A stretch of 62,809 bases of DNA, filler included, from Folioceros fuciformis (taxonomy: Eukaryota), in NCBI GenBank assembly GCA_049999805.1. It is 10 parts of 10 records of this genome, joined end to end, with 100 filler letters (N's around TTAATTAATTAA, not from the genome) between each part and the next. Parts side by side here need not be neighbours in the genome. Positions count along the whole stretch, not along the records: positions 24,368 to 37,364 come from JBNGIO010005237.1; positions 37,465 to 45,736 come from JBNGIO010005238.1; 8 more parts are not named here. One strand, written 5' to 3'. This document shows positions 27,408 to 40,678 of this stretch, piece by piece; position 1 is the stretch's first letter, and every line of letters starts with the position of its first letter. The position numbers were made by a program, and so were the translations under genes. The notes below the pieces were generated by a model. It was not told the DNA's origin, ran no database searches, and saw nothing but the letters and a program-made list of their open reading frames with translations.

Positions 27408-30400
27408 TGTAGCAATGTCAATTAACTACTCAACAAGCACATGCAGGGATTTCTCAGGCGAACCCTCCCCGACTTCGGGCACCTCACGCATCAGATTCTG
27501 GGTCCCTTACCACCTACGACTCACTCACTTTGGATCACACACAGCGACCCTCAATCTCACCGGTGTGAGAGCACTCTCACACCACGCCCTCCGTTAGGTC
27601 ACCATAGTTCCCGCACACATACTTTAAACACAAAAACAACTCCGGCGGGGTCCTTCCCACAGCTCATTCACACTCCGCCACACAGCACATCAGTCACTTA
27701 TACAACCAGTCAGGCGCCACCCGACGACACTTAGCCGCAGCGACTCCTCTGCCACTCAGACCCTCTAGCACTCCAGACACTTCTCCGCCGCCTACATCTG
27801 CGACTTCACCCGTCAACACACTCAGACTCCGGGATTGCAACCATTCAACCGCACCTTCACGTTTCACACACTCACTAACACTTCTCCTTCTCAACACACG
27901 TTCTTCTCTCGATTTCTTCTTACCCACTTGACTCTTGATCAACTCACTTCTCAACTTTTTCTCTCCAACTCGCCCTCCTCCAGGCCTTCTTCTCCCTCTG
28001 GATGTTTAAGGAGGTGGCAGGGACACCAGGGGATAAGGGATGCAGTTGCCGCTTCCACTCTCCAATTGGCAGATTCGTCCCCTCTTGCTCCCACCACCCT
28101 ACACAACGGAAAACGACGGGAATAGCAGGGAAGTTTGGCTTCCACTCGGCGAGGCTCTCCCTCCCGATTCATCCCCGAAACCACCGTCACGGAGCAATCG
28201 CAACTGGAATGCCGCCACCCAGGAACACTGCGTGCGCTCGCTTGCTCGGATCTCCCTATTCAGCAGCGGCCATTGCCAGGCTTCCTCAATTTTGGAATGT
28301 CGGGATCGTTTTTGCTACTTTCCTGAGGCGCCAAACAGACCTCTTGTACACGCTAGTGGCGGGTCCTCTTCTGCCATTAAGTCTGGTCAGGGTGCTCTTA
28401 ATTATGAGTGGCATAGGTCAAAGCAAAAGCATCCTAAAAAAAACTATTCTAAGGTGCATTTACTATTGCCTCTCTCCTCGCCGCGTTTGCCTCCCTCCTG
28501 GCCATCACGCTCCTCCTCTCACTGTCCCGCCTCTGGCCCTCCTTCCCCGCCGTTGGTTGGGCAGATCCTCCCAGAGGATCTCCACCTCGCTGCTGCTACT
28601 GCTGGAGACTGTTGGCGGCGGCGGAGGTGGGTCTCATCGCAAGGAACTCCTCTCCTCCTCTCGTCGCCGATTGCTAAGGATGAGGATAGGTTCCCGTTCA
28701 ACCCACTGCTCCGCCTCCTCATCTATTAGCTTGTGGAGACCACATGAGGAACAGACTCCTGGAAAATGGTAGAGTTTCTTTTTTTGGAAACTCTTATTGA
28801 ATTTTGTAGAGAAACGGTTGGGAGATTAGGTTAGATTAGCAGTTAGATTAGTGGGTTGGGAGATTAGGTTAGATTAGCAGTTAGATTAGTGGGTCAGTGA
28901 ATAAGGTTTAGGAGGGTGTGTGGTAGATAGGACACGGGCTCCGATTCCTCAGGATAGGGTGACAGATGGACAAGGAACCCTAGAACGGGTCATGGGAGGT
29001 GAGTCGGGGTCCCCTTTGGCTGGTGCTGGTGGAAGCGGAAGACGGAGGTAGAGGTGCCTGAGGCCGAGGCACTGAGAGCAAACGTCCACGCTGGGAGGGG
29101 CTAAGGCTGTGGAGACATCAGATCCGAAGGGTAGCTAGGTAGCCAAGGGAGCAGGTGAGCAGTTATGTTCAGGAGGAAGGCCTGAGCGAATGGCCTGGAG
29201 GGTGGAGGCGGGCCGGCTGTGGAAGACCGGCAGGTGGCCCGGCCAACGACTAGGCATCTGGAAGGTGGCTGGCTCGGGAGGCAGACCAGGCGGCGGCGCA
29301 GACTCCATGGGCGTGCCAGGCCGAGTGGGCGGCAGGGGGAAATCGGCCGCGAGTGTGGCTGGATCCGTGAGCCAGCCACTGGCCTGGCTGCAGGTGCACA
29401 AGCCGCTAGCCTAGCTTCTGGGCAGGGAGTTCGGTAGGCAACAAGCCGGGCAGGTTGGTTGCCGAGTTAATTTGGATCGGTTGGCGGCTCCTGGCCCGGG
29501 TAGGCAGAAGACAGCCAGGGTCCCGGCCAGCCAGGCCAGGGGGAATGGGACGGACGGATGTGGAGGAGCTTAACCAGCAGCCGCCCAACGGATGGCTTGG
29601 AGTAGGATCGGGGCCAGGATGGGCACCGACTGCATGGGGCGAGTTCGGCTGGGCAACTTGGCGGATCAGCTGGCTGGGGTTTGCGTCGGGCTGGCTTGCC
29701 AGAATCTGATCCGTAGACTAGGCAAGGGGTTAGCAAGGATGTTGGATCCGGTTGGGTCGTGGCCAAGCGGCTGGCGGGACGGGGTCATGGCAGGTGACTG
29801 GGCAATTGTGAGAGTTGGCTAGACAGGGGCTGGCTAGAGGGTCCTGTCGGCTGGAGGCCGGGTCGCCAAGGTGCTGTAGGTGGTCCAGCAACGTGGACAA
29901 TAGCAGGCCGGCCAGCTGAGGCAGATCCGAAGGCAAGGCACGGCTACTGGGTCCTGGAAGGCGGGGGAGGTCCGAGCCGAGAACGTAGACAAGGCTGCCC
30001 AGCTGCTGAGGAACTTGGCCAGCAGATCGGGTAGGCCCAGTTGCAGGCAGGCAGCGAGTGGGCCGTGGTCTGGGGCTTGGCCAAACCCGGAAGGAAATTG
30101 GCAGACCGCTAGTCGCAGCTGGCTGGCAGGCGACCAGCACCGGATCAAGGCGAGCGCGCAGGCATGTTGGCTGGATCTAGTCCCGATCAGCCGGAGGCCG
30201 GGTAGTTGGGGACAGTCACGGATGATGGCTGTCCAGCCAGTCTAGGGGAACAGTTCGGTCGAACGAGGAGGGGGCTTCAAGTGCCGCTGCACCAGGCTAG
30301 CTGCAGCGGTGGGGGGCCAGAGCAATAGGACGACCGACGGCTCGGCGACAGCTGGGTCTGGAAGCCAGCAGGAGGTTCATTCAAGCCCTGGCCGATCAGC

Positions 30401-33400
30401 TAGCAGCGAACTGCTAGCCAATTGGGCTATGGGCGGGCAGCTCGACAGCTCTGCATAGCAGGAAGCCGGCAGGGCGCATGGCAGATGGATCGGGCTAGGT
30501 CGAAGTGGGTCGGTGGTGGGGCGCTCCGGCGGCCTGTGGTCAACCGAGGTGGATCCAACCGGCAACAGGTCGGGAGCGGGCTGTGGCTATCCGGCTGATG
30601 GCGGGCTGCGGGCTGGGTCGAGCAGATTGGCTGGCCGGGGGGATCCGGGGAGGTGACCCGACTTGTCGATGGCGGCTGGGTCCAGGCAGTCACCAAGATC
30701 GGGCTGCACAGGCCACCGAGATGGATCAGGGCAGGTCGGCTACAGGCGAAAGGGAGGCTACAGGTCATGGCGTGGCAGGCCGAAGCGGGCCGGGTTCAGC
30801 AAGAAGGCAGGCTGGAAGTATTCGGCGCTGGGCTAAGGTCCCGACGGGACCCAGGGTGAGCCAACCTGGGGCTGGGCGATCTGGATGGCAAGGCGGGGAG
30901 CCGGGAGCAAGCCAGGGGTTCCTGGCTGCTGAGGAGCCTGGCTGGCAGCCGGGTCGGCCCAGACCGCTTAGGGCTCAAAGGAGTAGCCAGTTGGCAGGCT
31001 AGCTGGCCGATTTGGGGGAAACAATCAGGCTGTACGCAGGCGGGCCAGCGGGCCGGCTACCTAAGCGGACCAAGCATGGCAGCTGGCTAGGTCGGGTTGC
31101 TAGCAAGAAAGAGACTAGTTTGCCGGGGAAACTGGCGGAATGCATGGCAAGCTTTATCGGGAGTGAAGCGCCTGGCTTGCAAGAACTAGCCAGGGTGGAT
31201 CCATGGTGGGACGCAGGGCGGTGTGGTCGGGTCAGCAGACCCAGCTGCAAGCAACCAGCAGTGATCGGATGGCGGCTTGCCGAGCCGGATCTAGCTAGCC
31301 AGTCTGCGGGCTGACGATATCGGGGGCGAAGCAGCCTGGCTGCAGGAGCCCAGGCGGCCAGGCAAGCTAGCTTGGCCTCTAGGCGGGTGACTCTAGCAGG
31401 CAACCAGGCCGAGCAGGCTGGTTGCTTGGCTAGATCTGGAGGCCAGGGGCCAGCTAGGGGCCTCTGGCCAGTTGGCCGGGCAAGCGGATCGAAGTGGATC
31501 CATCTGGCTTGGCAGGTGGCCTGGTCAGGGCAGGGGGGCATTGGATCCGACTAGCTAGGCAGGCCGGAGCAGATCAGGCATGGTGTTCCTGCTGGGGGCT
31601 GGGTCGCCAAGCGGGAGGAGGCCGGCTGCGTAGGAGGAAATCCAAGCAAGCGGCCCGGCAGGGCGTATGGCATGTGCTGGCCGGAGTGGCTGCAGGCGGC
31701 GGGCAGGTAGGTGGTTGCGTAGAATCGTGCTCAGCTTCCAGCCCAACTATACCCTCCCCACAGTGCACATCCCGACCCCTGCCACTGGCACATGGAACCT
31801 AATCCTTAGTAGCTTAGGGCCCCGATTCGCAGCAGCGCGGAGACTCCTACTGCTCGTGGTGGCCTGGAGTAGTGGGCCGGACTGATTCGGGCATGGCGGG
31901 GTGCCAAAGCTGGATCTTTCGATGCGAGTGTGAATTACGTTGGGGAGCCCACTGGGGATTGCGTGCCTGCACCACGAGGGAAGCCCGCCCATTTTCCATA
32001 GAGCCATCAAGGCTAACGACATTCGGCTGGATGGAAAGTGGAATGCTAAGGTTGCGGATTTCGAGCTATCAAAGCTGGTGCCGGTGCAGAGCAGGGGGGG
32101 TTGAGTCCCGGGCATGGGTCGACGATGGTGAAGATCTTGAAGAAGCATGATAACTAGACCGGGGGTGTCCTTTGCATGTCTTATATCCAGACTGTCCTAC
32201 ACCAGCCTTCTACACGACGGAGCTACGGCCTCAGTTGGTGAAAGACTGTAAGGGGACTTATCAGACTTGTTTTCTATGCCACCCACTTCCCAGCACTAGC
32301 CTGCTGTGGAAGCCCTCCTATTCGGTGAGGGTGAAGACAGTGTGGGCTCCGTAAAGCTCGGACGGATGCTTGTGAGGAGGTTGAGGAGGATCGAAGCCAT
32401 GAGCGCGAGCAATGGGCAGCTGGTGGCGCATCCCTCTCTAAAGTAGCCTGGCTTGCCGCAGGCTCTTGCTAAACATCCTGGAGGATCTCCAAAGTCAGGT
32501 TGCAGCCAATCTCGTGATCCATTTCCAGTTCAAGGGGTTTGCGGATAAGTGGGAGAAGGGGCAGATTTTGGCTCTAGAGTTGCAGGATGATGAGGTCGCA
32601 GCGGTCTGTAGCATGGTTCCGTGGTTGCGGAGCCGTGGAAGGTGGAATGTGCAATGTGGCACCCACACCTAAAGATAAAAGGGAGGAAGTGGCCACCAGT
32701 CAACATGCAATATCTTGAAGTTGACGGGTTGTGTCCAACAGCTCAATCATCATTACAATTGTGGGGCAGATCTTCATGGCTAGTGTGGCCAACATGGTGG
32801 GGGTTGGACGAATCTTTGAGGTTAGCAGGATGGCAGCTGGCTAGAATAGGGGTCAGCACCGAGTGAGTTGGGTCAATAACCTAGCTGATGGCTAGTGGGG
32901 CGCAAGATCACAAGCGGGATCCGGGTTGGATCCAAGCGAACCGTGGTCGACTGAGGTGAAAGAAAGGTCCATCTCAGCCGCCGAGCACCAAACCCCTAAA
33001 AGTGGACATGGGGGGTGGAAACAGCTCGAGTCTGGCTCTGGCTCGAGTATAGCTTCGAGCAAGGGGGTTATGGTGGCCAGGACAAGGGTCGGAGGCGCAG
33101 GCTGCGAGAAGAATGCGCGCAGACAAGACATAAGTGGCATTCGGCTTGCCATCCGCAAGCAGCACGCCTGGTTGTCTGAAGGCGGAAAGCCCTTAGTACA
33201 AGCGTGTTGCTAGTGGGTGGGAAGCCCAGTGATGGTTATGTGGGCAGGATTGGAGGGTTGTCATTCCTAGTGCCCGTCGTCCTGCAAGGTGCTCGGGCGC
33301 TAGATGAGTAGTTTTGCCGGGACAGGGGACTTGGNNNNNNNNNNGGTGCTCGGGCGCTAGATGAGTAGTTTTGCCGGGACAGGGGACTTGGTCAGCATGG

Positions 33401-33418
33401 AGGGGGAACCTAAAGCTA

Positions 33419-33812
33419 TGTTAAGCATAATTAATGTTGAGATTAATTAGTGCTAATTTAGCTTATTGAATTTGTATTAATTAGTAGTAAGAGTGATTAA
33501 GGTTATGATTAATATATATATATATAGCTTATTAGACTTTGCTATGTTAAGCAAAAAAAAGTATTGTAGGGTTTGAGGTCATTTATCCCACGAAACGAGA
33601 GTGCCACCCATAGGTCCATAAAAGAAGGGATGAACCCACTTAGTATATGTAGTCTAACTCCCTCTTCACTTGTATTGTATTGTTTTTGTAATTCTCCTTT
33701 TTATTTGAGTTTAAGAGCCTTGTTATAGTGCTCTTAGTTTTGGGATTCTGCATCTTGCTTCAACTAACTTGTTTTAACCTCCTTTGAGCATGGCGGGGGT
33801 GACATCTCAACA
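33419..33812. mobile_element. 394-bp solo LTR nested in giant LTR copy 1
   Basis: TGTTAAG..CTCAACA termini. It is AT-rich and absent at the homologous site of copy 3 (acctgaagatggaag). Confidence 0.75.
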
Positions 33813-34022
33813 AGATGGAAGACTTCGAAGGTTGCAGGATAATCTGAGGGGAAGGAATGATCTGATCCGAGAGAGAGAGGAGAGTGTTGAGAAGCACTCC
33901 TGATTTTTGGTAGATGTGAGGGGCTGATAATATTGGATAGAGGGCAACCGGCGGTGTCAAGGGGTAACGGACAATTAGTAGCAGGGGAAGGTTAGAGTTA
34001 GAGTGCTTGGTTGGGATCAGAA

Positions 34023-34215
34023 CTAGGTCTGAATAGGTCTAGGTCTGATTAGGTCAGACCTAGGTCTGATTAGGTCTAGGTCTGAATAGGTCTAGGTCTG
34101 ATTAGGTCAGACCTAGGTCAGGTCAGGTTAGGTTAGGTCAGACCTCGGTTAGGTTAGGTCAGACCTAGGTTAGGTTAGGCTAGGTCAGACCTAGGATAGG
34201 TTAGGTTTAGGTCAG
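34023..34215. repeat. GGTTA/AGGTCAGACCT tandem array within giant LTR
   Basis: Homologous arrays lie at about 39705-39870 and 51175-51515. Confidence 0.85.
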
Positions 34216-35015
34216 GACTAGGAGTAGGTATGGTTTAGGAGAGAGAGAGATGGTTAGGTGGATGTTTCGGGTTAACCCTAGTAGACAGAGATGGAGGATT
34301 AGGCGAAGGCAGTATAGGAGGGCAGACCTGGCATTAAGGAGGGGGTGGTCTACGGTGTGATTTCCCTTGACCTTGTGTACAGACTCCCGGCCTAGGATGC
34401 TGAGCCAATTTGAGATTGAACCAAGGGCTTGATTCCCCTTGCCACTAGGGGGACGTGGCGGATCCCAAAAGTGTCGAGATCCGTGTGGCCGGATCCGCAA
34501 TGGCTAACTATTTTGTAGGCCGGCGGAGGTGAAGTGATAGGACCGTGAGCCTGGAGGGCTATCCAGTCCTAGTATCCACACCCATGCTTGAAGACTGCGA
34601 GAAGTGAGGCCAGTGTGTCCTAAATTCTAGGGGTGAGCTGAAGCAAAGCGGGGAAGTGTTGTGGTGACGTGAAGTGAAGTGTGAGCTGCCGGAGTGTAGG
34701 AGTGTAAGCTGAACTGAAAAGTGAATGTCTGAAGTGAAGAAGTGACGGACTGAAGTGGGGATCATGAAGGGTTGAAGGACTGAAGTGCTGGAGCGTGAGA
34801 TTTGTGGGTTGAGCTGAAGATAGGCTAGGATTCTGACCTTTTTGCTGGAGTGCGGTCAAGCCTAGAGACCGGCTGATAGGTAGAAGTGAGAGTAGGCAAG
34901 TGTAGGAATCCTTGACACTAGTTCACTCCCTTGGGAGCGAATCATAAGACTGCAACGACAATAAGGGAAAGTGTGGCCCCTTTGGTGGTTCTTGGGTGCA
35001 AGAAATCACTCCACA

Positions 35016-37233
35016 CAGCTCCACCAGGACTGACTCTGAATAGCAATGAGGCAGTCCGCGCACCTGCCAGCGGTAGTAGTAGGACCCCTTGTGGGTCCTC
35101 AGTTGCAGGCCGTAGCCTCGCATCCCTCCTAAGCCCACACACACATATAAAAATACTTTCAGAAATCGGGCTCCTTCCACATAGAGGCCAGGCACATAAG
35201 CGGCCTCCTCTTCATGTTGCAACACAATCCGACCCTTTGTTGCAAAGGAAGCGCTTACCCCCTCCTCCCGTGGGCTACTTCGGGGTGCTTGCCCTCTGCT
35301 TTCTAGGGGTACTGGAGGATCTTCCATTCCCCAAGCTGTTGCTCCTCCCTACTCAGTCCTCCTGGTGCGGATAGCTCTTCCAGACCGTCAGGTCGCAAGC
35401 GCCTCCACATTCACTCCTTCAGCTACCGGGGTCGAGGCTTCCTCTACCCGCGTTGTTTCTCTTCTACCAGTAGCCTCTTCGGCTACCTCCGTTGTCGCTT
35501 GGCTACCTGGCATGGCTCTGCCCTTCCCCTTCACCCGATTCCTGGCCTCGTCTTACTCCCGCTTGTACCTGTCGGCCAGCTTCTGCACTTGCTCTACCGC
35601 GTCCGCTTTCTGCTCTTGAGCCCTTACTAACTCCTCTTGCATCTCTTGGTTAGTTCCATGGGCTTCCCTCACCTGAGCTAGGAGGGACTCTTGTTGCTCC
35701 TTCAGATCTTGCACCTCTTCCCTCACCTGGCGGACCTCCTCCTCCACTTGTTCCTTAGCTGCGCTCAAGGCCTGTCACGCTTTTTCCAAGTGCTGCCGTT
35801 CAACTTCAGACTCAGCCAGCTTCTTCTAGGCTTCGGCCTCTTTCTCCCAAGCTTCAACCTCCCTTTCCTGGGCTTCGGCTTCCCTTTCCGCCTGCATGCT
35901 CAGCCAGGTTAGCGCTCTGGCAGCCTAGTTCAGCATGTCTACCTAGGCCTGCACCATCGCTGAGGTTAGGCCCGGCAAGTTGACTTGCTGCGACTCCCCC
36001 ACAGGAGCCATCCTCCTGTCCAAGACCTGCCTTCCCAGTAGCGCCCGTAACCTATCCAGTCCTCCGCCTACTACCTAGCCACCAAAGGAATTCTTCTAAA
36101 AATTTCATCCTATCCTGGGAAGGGTTCCTGTTCCGGAGCGTGCCCTAATTCAACCATTACCTCAGACGAGGCCGTTTCCATTTCTGGCACCTATTCGTTG
36201 AGGTGCCTTTGGCTCCTTCTCCGTTGGCTCCTGGACAACTTCCTGCTGCGCTGGCCCGCTTCCTCTTCTAGTGACTTGCCCACCAGTCCTTCTCCCTGTC
36301 CCCACCTTCCTCTTCTGCTTGGTGGGGGCTTCTTCCTCTGAGCTGTCCACACCTCCTGACTCCTAGCTGCTGGAGTCAACTTCCTTTGCTTCCACCGGCT
36401 TCCACTGCACCTCCCTAAGTGGCTTCCACATATGTAAGGAGGCAATCACCTCAACTTCAGGTAGTAGGTTAGCGTAACAGTAAATGTGCACTAAAAAGGA
36501 AGAAATCATTGAAGGCCGAGGGGAGGCTGAGGCCAAGTTCTCCCTCTCCTCGCTCATCCTGTCGTACAAGATCCTGCCCCAATCCACCTTACTGCCCTTA
36601 ACCACTTCATGCACAAATAGGAGCATTTGGTCAGAAAGATAGTTCTGCTTTCGAATCTGCAGGAACACGAAAACCATCTCGCCAGGCCCATCAGCTGGGC
36701 AGTCGCCATGTCCCGAATCAGCCACCCTTTGGCTTCTCTCTTGGTGCCCACCTTGAACAGCGCCGCGGCGGTTGCTGCGGTGTTGCGCTTCTTCATGGAC
36801 TTGAGCACGAGCCCGCCTTCCTCCTCCTGGTTGCGCCCATACACGTGCCGCATTAGCACTAGGTTCCAATCCTGCGGCCTTCCACGAATTCCTTCCTCTC
36901 TGACTGGCGCCCTCAACCTCTGAGCACACTCTCTAACCAGTCCAGTCCAGGGGCTGCGTGGTTCCACCTCTGGGCCATGAACCTGAGGCATAGCTCCTCC
37001 ACCAGCCCTCTGGCTCTGACCCGCTAGTGCTCCATGTTCAGCCATAAGGCAAACTCCACCATCGGGATGGGAGGTTGCTCCCCCCCTTTAGTCCCTATCT
37101 CCCCTACCGACGGCGCCGCGAGGTTCTCCCGCCTCATCCTGCCTTGCCTCCTGAGCAGTCCTGATCGCCTGTTGCCTCTCCTCCGCTCCGCTTCGCTGCA
37201 GCTGCGCTTGCTTCGGCGCCTCGCCAAAGTCAC
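35016..37233 (-). pseudogene. Retrotransposon extra ORF (plant transposon protein-like domain plus coiled coil); C-terminus continues at 28731 to about 28460
   Basis: IRGRPQDWNLVLMRHVYG; KVDWGRILYDRM..MISSFLVHIY; long E/Q/K coiled coil at 35553-35900. ..YSESVLVEL|IDEEAEQWVERE joins in frame once the solo LTR is removed. Confidence 0.6.
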
Positions 37234-37463
37234 GCTCCGCTTCTAATTCCGCTTCCACTCCCCGACCTCGTAGTCACGCTCCTCTTCGAATCGCCACTAA
37301 ACCCTCTAACTTCCTAAGGTTTTATACTGGCCGGGTCATTCCTGTTCCACTACCACCTATGCACNNNNNNNNNNNNNNNNNNNNNNNNNNNNNNNNNNNN
37401 NNNNNNNNTTAATTAATTAANNNNNNNNNNNNNNNNNNNNNNNNNNNNNNNNNNNNNNNNNNN

Positions 37464-40400
37464 NGTGCACGCGGCTTGGCTAGCGCTGAAGGCTGGCTGC
37501 ATGGGAGGAAGGGGCTTTAGACGGCTGGGGCCGGATTCAGTCAGCTAGGCAGATTAGAGGGGAGCGCTGGCCTCCAAGTGACCGACGCTCCGAGCAGGCG
37601 GGTGCCAAGATCAGCCTAGCAGGCCGGCTGGCTGTAGGGCAAAGGTTGGCAGGCGGATCCCGCTAGGCAGCTAGCAGGCAGGCAGCCTGGCCCATCAGCA
37701 TGGCAGGCGGGCGCCTGGTTGGATCGGCAAGGTGAGTAGCAAGGGGGCCGGCTCAGCAGTGACCAGCTGCTGAGCAGTAGCCAGGCGGTCAAGGGCCGAT
37801 CGGGGTGTAGATCCGCTAGCTGGGGCAGCCCGGCAGCTAGGGGAGCAATCATGCCGTCTGGTTGGTAGAAACTGGCCAGGGTAGGTTCACGGCGAGATGC
37901 TAGGTGGCGTGGCTGGTCTTGGATGAGCACTGTGGCCTGGTTGGCCGCCTTAGGTAGTCAATCGCCCGGGCCAGAAGCAGCCAGGAGGATGAAGGCAGAC
38001 GAGCCGAGCAGACCAGGCCCGGGGNNNNNNNNNNNNNNNNNNNNNNNNNNNNNNNNNNNNNNNNNNNNNNNNNNNNNNNNNNNNNNNNNNNNNNNNNNNN
38101 NNNNNNNNNNNNNNNNNNNNNNNNGCCCGGCCGACAACCGGCAACAAGGAGGCAAGCCCAAAATCGGGATTGTGGGGGAGACCCTTGAGGCTTGGCAAGC
38201 ATCCCCCGCCGGAGGACTGCTGGGCAAGGGATGTCTGGAGGGCGGACCCTGGTTGGTGTGCATAGAACGGCCCGGTTGGCAGGATAGGCAACCATGGATA
38301 GCAGCCGAGACAGGCCGCAGGAGTATCCAGCCGGCGGTGACCTGGCAGCTAGAGGTCTCTGCCAGTTGGTTGGGCAAGCGGGACAAAGTGGATTTGAGGG
38401 GGGTTGGGTTAGCGGCCTAGCTAGCTGTCTTAGCCAGGCGAATGCCCGGCCGCGAGCAACCGAGATGAGCCGTGATGGCTGGCCGAACATGGGGGTTGCT
38501 GGCTGGAGATGGCGGTGAGGAGTCTGGTCAGCAACCCATCCTGCTCCAATTGCAAGCGAGTAGTAGGTGGCCTACAGGCTGGTCGCCTGGCCAGATCCAA
38601 GCAAAGGTAGGTTGGCCAGTCGAGTCTGGTTGGCTGGCTAGCTAGCTGAATCAGGAAAACGGCAGGCGACTCGGCAACCAGGCGAGTTGACTGCATCCAG
38701 TCCCGATCAGCCGGAGACCGAACAGCTGGGATAGTCGCAGTTTGGCTAGAAGTAGGGCTAGGGGAGTCACAGCGTGCTGGTAGAATCCAGGGTGTGGCTG
38801 AGGATAAGCGGTTGAATCCGAGAGCACCCAGGCACGGACGGACTTGCCCTTAGTGCACTGCAAACTAAGGAGAGCGGCTTGTTCCAAATCCCAGTCAAAC
38901 CAGGTGTAGTGCAGATCAACTGACCCCATCGGCGATTCTGTATGGTCGTTCCTTCGAGTTGGACAGAATGGTCTCGACCGGATCTAGCAGCCGAAGACTA
39001 GCCAGATGGCTGGTTGGATAGCCAGTAGGCCTAACAGCCGAGTAGATGGCTGCCCAGGGGGAAGATAGGAGAGTGTCCCTGAGGGACACTCCAAGGATGA
39101 CAGCCTGACACTGAAACACTGGTTGTAGGCTACTGCCAGGCAATTTTAGGGCGTGGACTACCCCACCCAAGCATTGAAGGCAAGGGTAGTACATCCCCTG
39201 TACCATGGCAGCCAGTGGCCGTAATTAGCATACGGCTTGCCATCCGCGGTTAGTGCGTTGGAACTGACTCGCTACCGCAGGCAGAGTGCCGAATGCTAAT
39301 TGCGGTGATGATGGATGGTGTGTGCCATGCCAGGACACGACGCCTTGGGGCTATCCGCTCAAGGGCATCAGTCCAGCAGACCAGTCCAGCAGCTTGGAGG
39401 GTGGTCCGCTAAGGACATAAGTGACACTCGGCTTTCCATCCATGAGTAGCAACCCTGGTTGCTTGTAGGCCGAAGGCCTAGCCTAGGGCCAGGAGTCTTG
39501 GCCAACCGTTGCCAGCAGGATGGAGGGAAGGACATGAAGATGGGAGACTCTGGGAAAGAAGGCAGGGTAATCAGAAGAGGGGAGATGATCTGACCCGGGA
39601 GGGGAGAGGGATGTTGAGAGGCACCCCTGATTTTTGCTAAATGTGAGGGGTTGATAATTGTGGGCAGCTAACGGTGTTAAGGGGCAATGGGCAATTAGAA
39701 GCAGGGGTGGGTTAGAGTTAGGATTCTAGGTTAGGTTAGGTCTAGGTTAGATATGGGTTAGGTTTAGGTCAAATCCAGGTTAGGTCAGATCCAGGTTAGG
39801 TCAGACCTAGATTAGGTTAGGTTAGGTTATACCTAGGTCAGGTTTAGGTCAGAACTTGCTTAGGTCAGAGAGAGGAGGTGGGGTAATTGATTCAGGTCAA
39901 CCCTAGTAGACAGAGATAGAGGGTAGGCAATATAAGAGGGGAGACCTGCGATTGAGAGGGGGCTGTCTACGGTGCGATTTCCCTGGACCGTGTGTGCAGA
40001 ACTCTTGGTTTAGGGCGCTGAGCCGGTTGAGGCTGAACCGAGGTCCTGATTTCCCTTGCCACTAAGGGAACATGGAGGATCCCAAGACTGTCAAGATCCG
40101 CGTGGCCGGATCCGCAAGGGCTGAATGATTCATAGGTTGGCTGAAGTGAAGGGACAGGACCGTGAGCCAGGAGGGCTATCCAGTCCTAGTATCCACACTA
40201 CACTTGAAGGCTGCAAGGAGTGAAGTCATTATGTCCCAATTTCCAGGGGATAGCTGAAGCAAAGAGAAGAAGAGTTGGAGTGAAGTGCATAGAAGTGAAG
40301 AGTGAGTTGCTGAGGTGCAGGAGTGTGTGCTGAAGTGAAGGGTGAAGTGCTGAAGTGAGGGAGGAAGGATTGACGTGGGAATCATGAGGGGTTGAAGGAT

Positions 40401-40678
40401 TGGAGAATTGGAGTGTGAGTTGTGTGAGCTGAAGTGAAGAAGGGAGGACTGAAGTGGGAATCGTGAAGAGCTGAAGGATTGAAGACCTAGAGTGCGAGTT
40501 GTGGGAGCTGGTTTGAAGATAGGCTAGGCTTCTGGTCTCCTTGTTGTGTGCGTGTGGACAGGTCTATAGACCGGTTGATAGATTGAAGTGTGAGTAGATA
40601 GCTGTAGGTGTTCCTTGACACTAGTTCACTCCCTTGGGAGCGAATCATAAGACCGCAACAACAATAAGGGGAGGTGTG
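37464..40678 (-). mobile_element. Giant LTR, copy 2 (partial), interrupted about 40 bp from its end by a Copia insertion
   Basis: Homologous blocks, e.g. ctagttcactcccttgggagcgaatcataagac at 40621, 34918 and 52206. Confidence 0.85.

Larger units (their letters stand above)
28732..35015 (-). mobile_element. Giant solo LTR, copy 1 (about 6.3 kb)
   Basis: Termini TGTGGAG..CTCCACA, flanked by TAGCT/CAGCT (TSD with one transition). Colinear with 49120-52302. Orientation is inferred from an AATAA motif near one end. Confidence 0.85.
27408..37364 (-). mobile_element. Gypsy-type (Tat/Athila-like) element 3' region with extra ORF and 3' LTR, interrupted by a giant solo LTR
   Basis: 3' LTR about 27408-27967 (TG..CA) with adjacent PPT ggaggagggcgagt. 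A degenerate ORF reads through the insertion site. No pol is visible, so the superfamily is inferred. Confidence 0.6.

Noticed and set aside
29101-31802. Many short ORFs in the GC-rich block
   Set aside because: They arise from stop-poor, low-complexity LTR sequence.
34023-34215. Interstitial telomere
   Set aside because: The units are GGTTA/GGTCAGACCT rather than TTTAGGG arrays, and they sit at a fixed position within the LTR.
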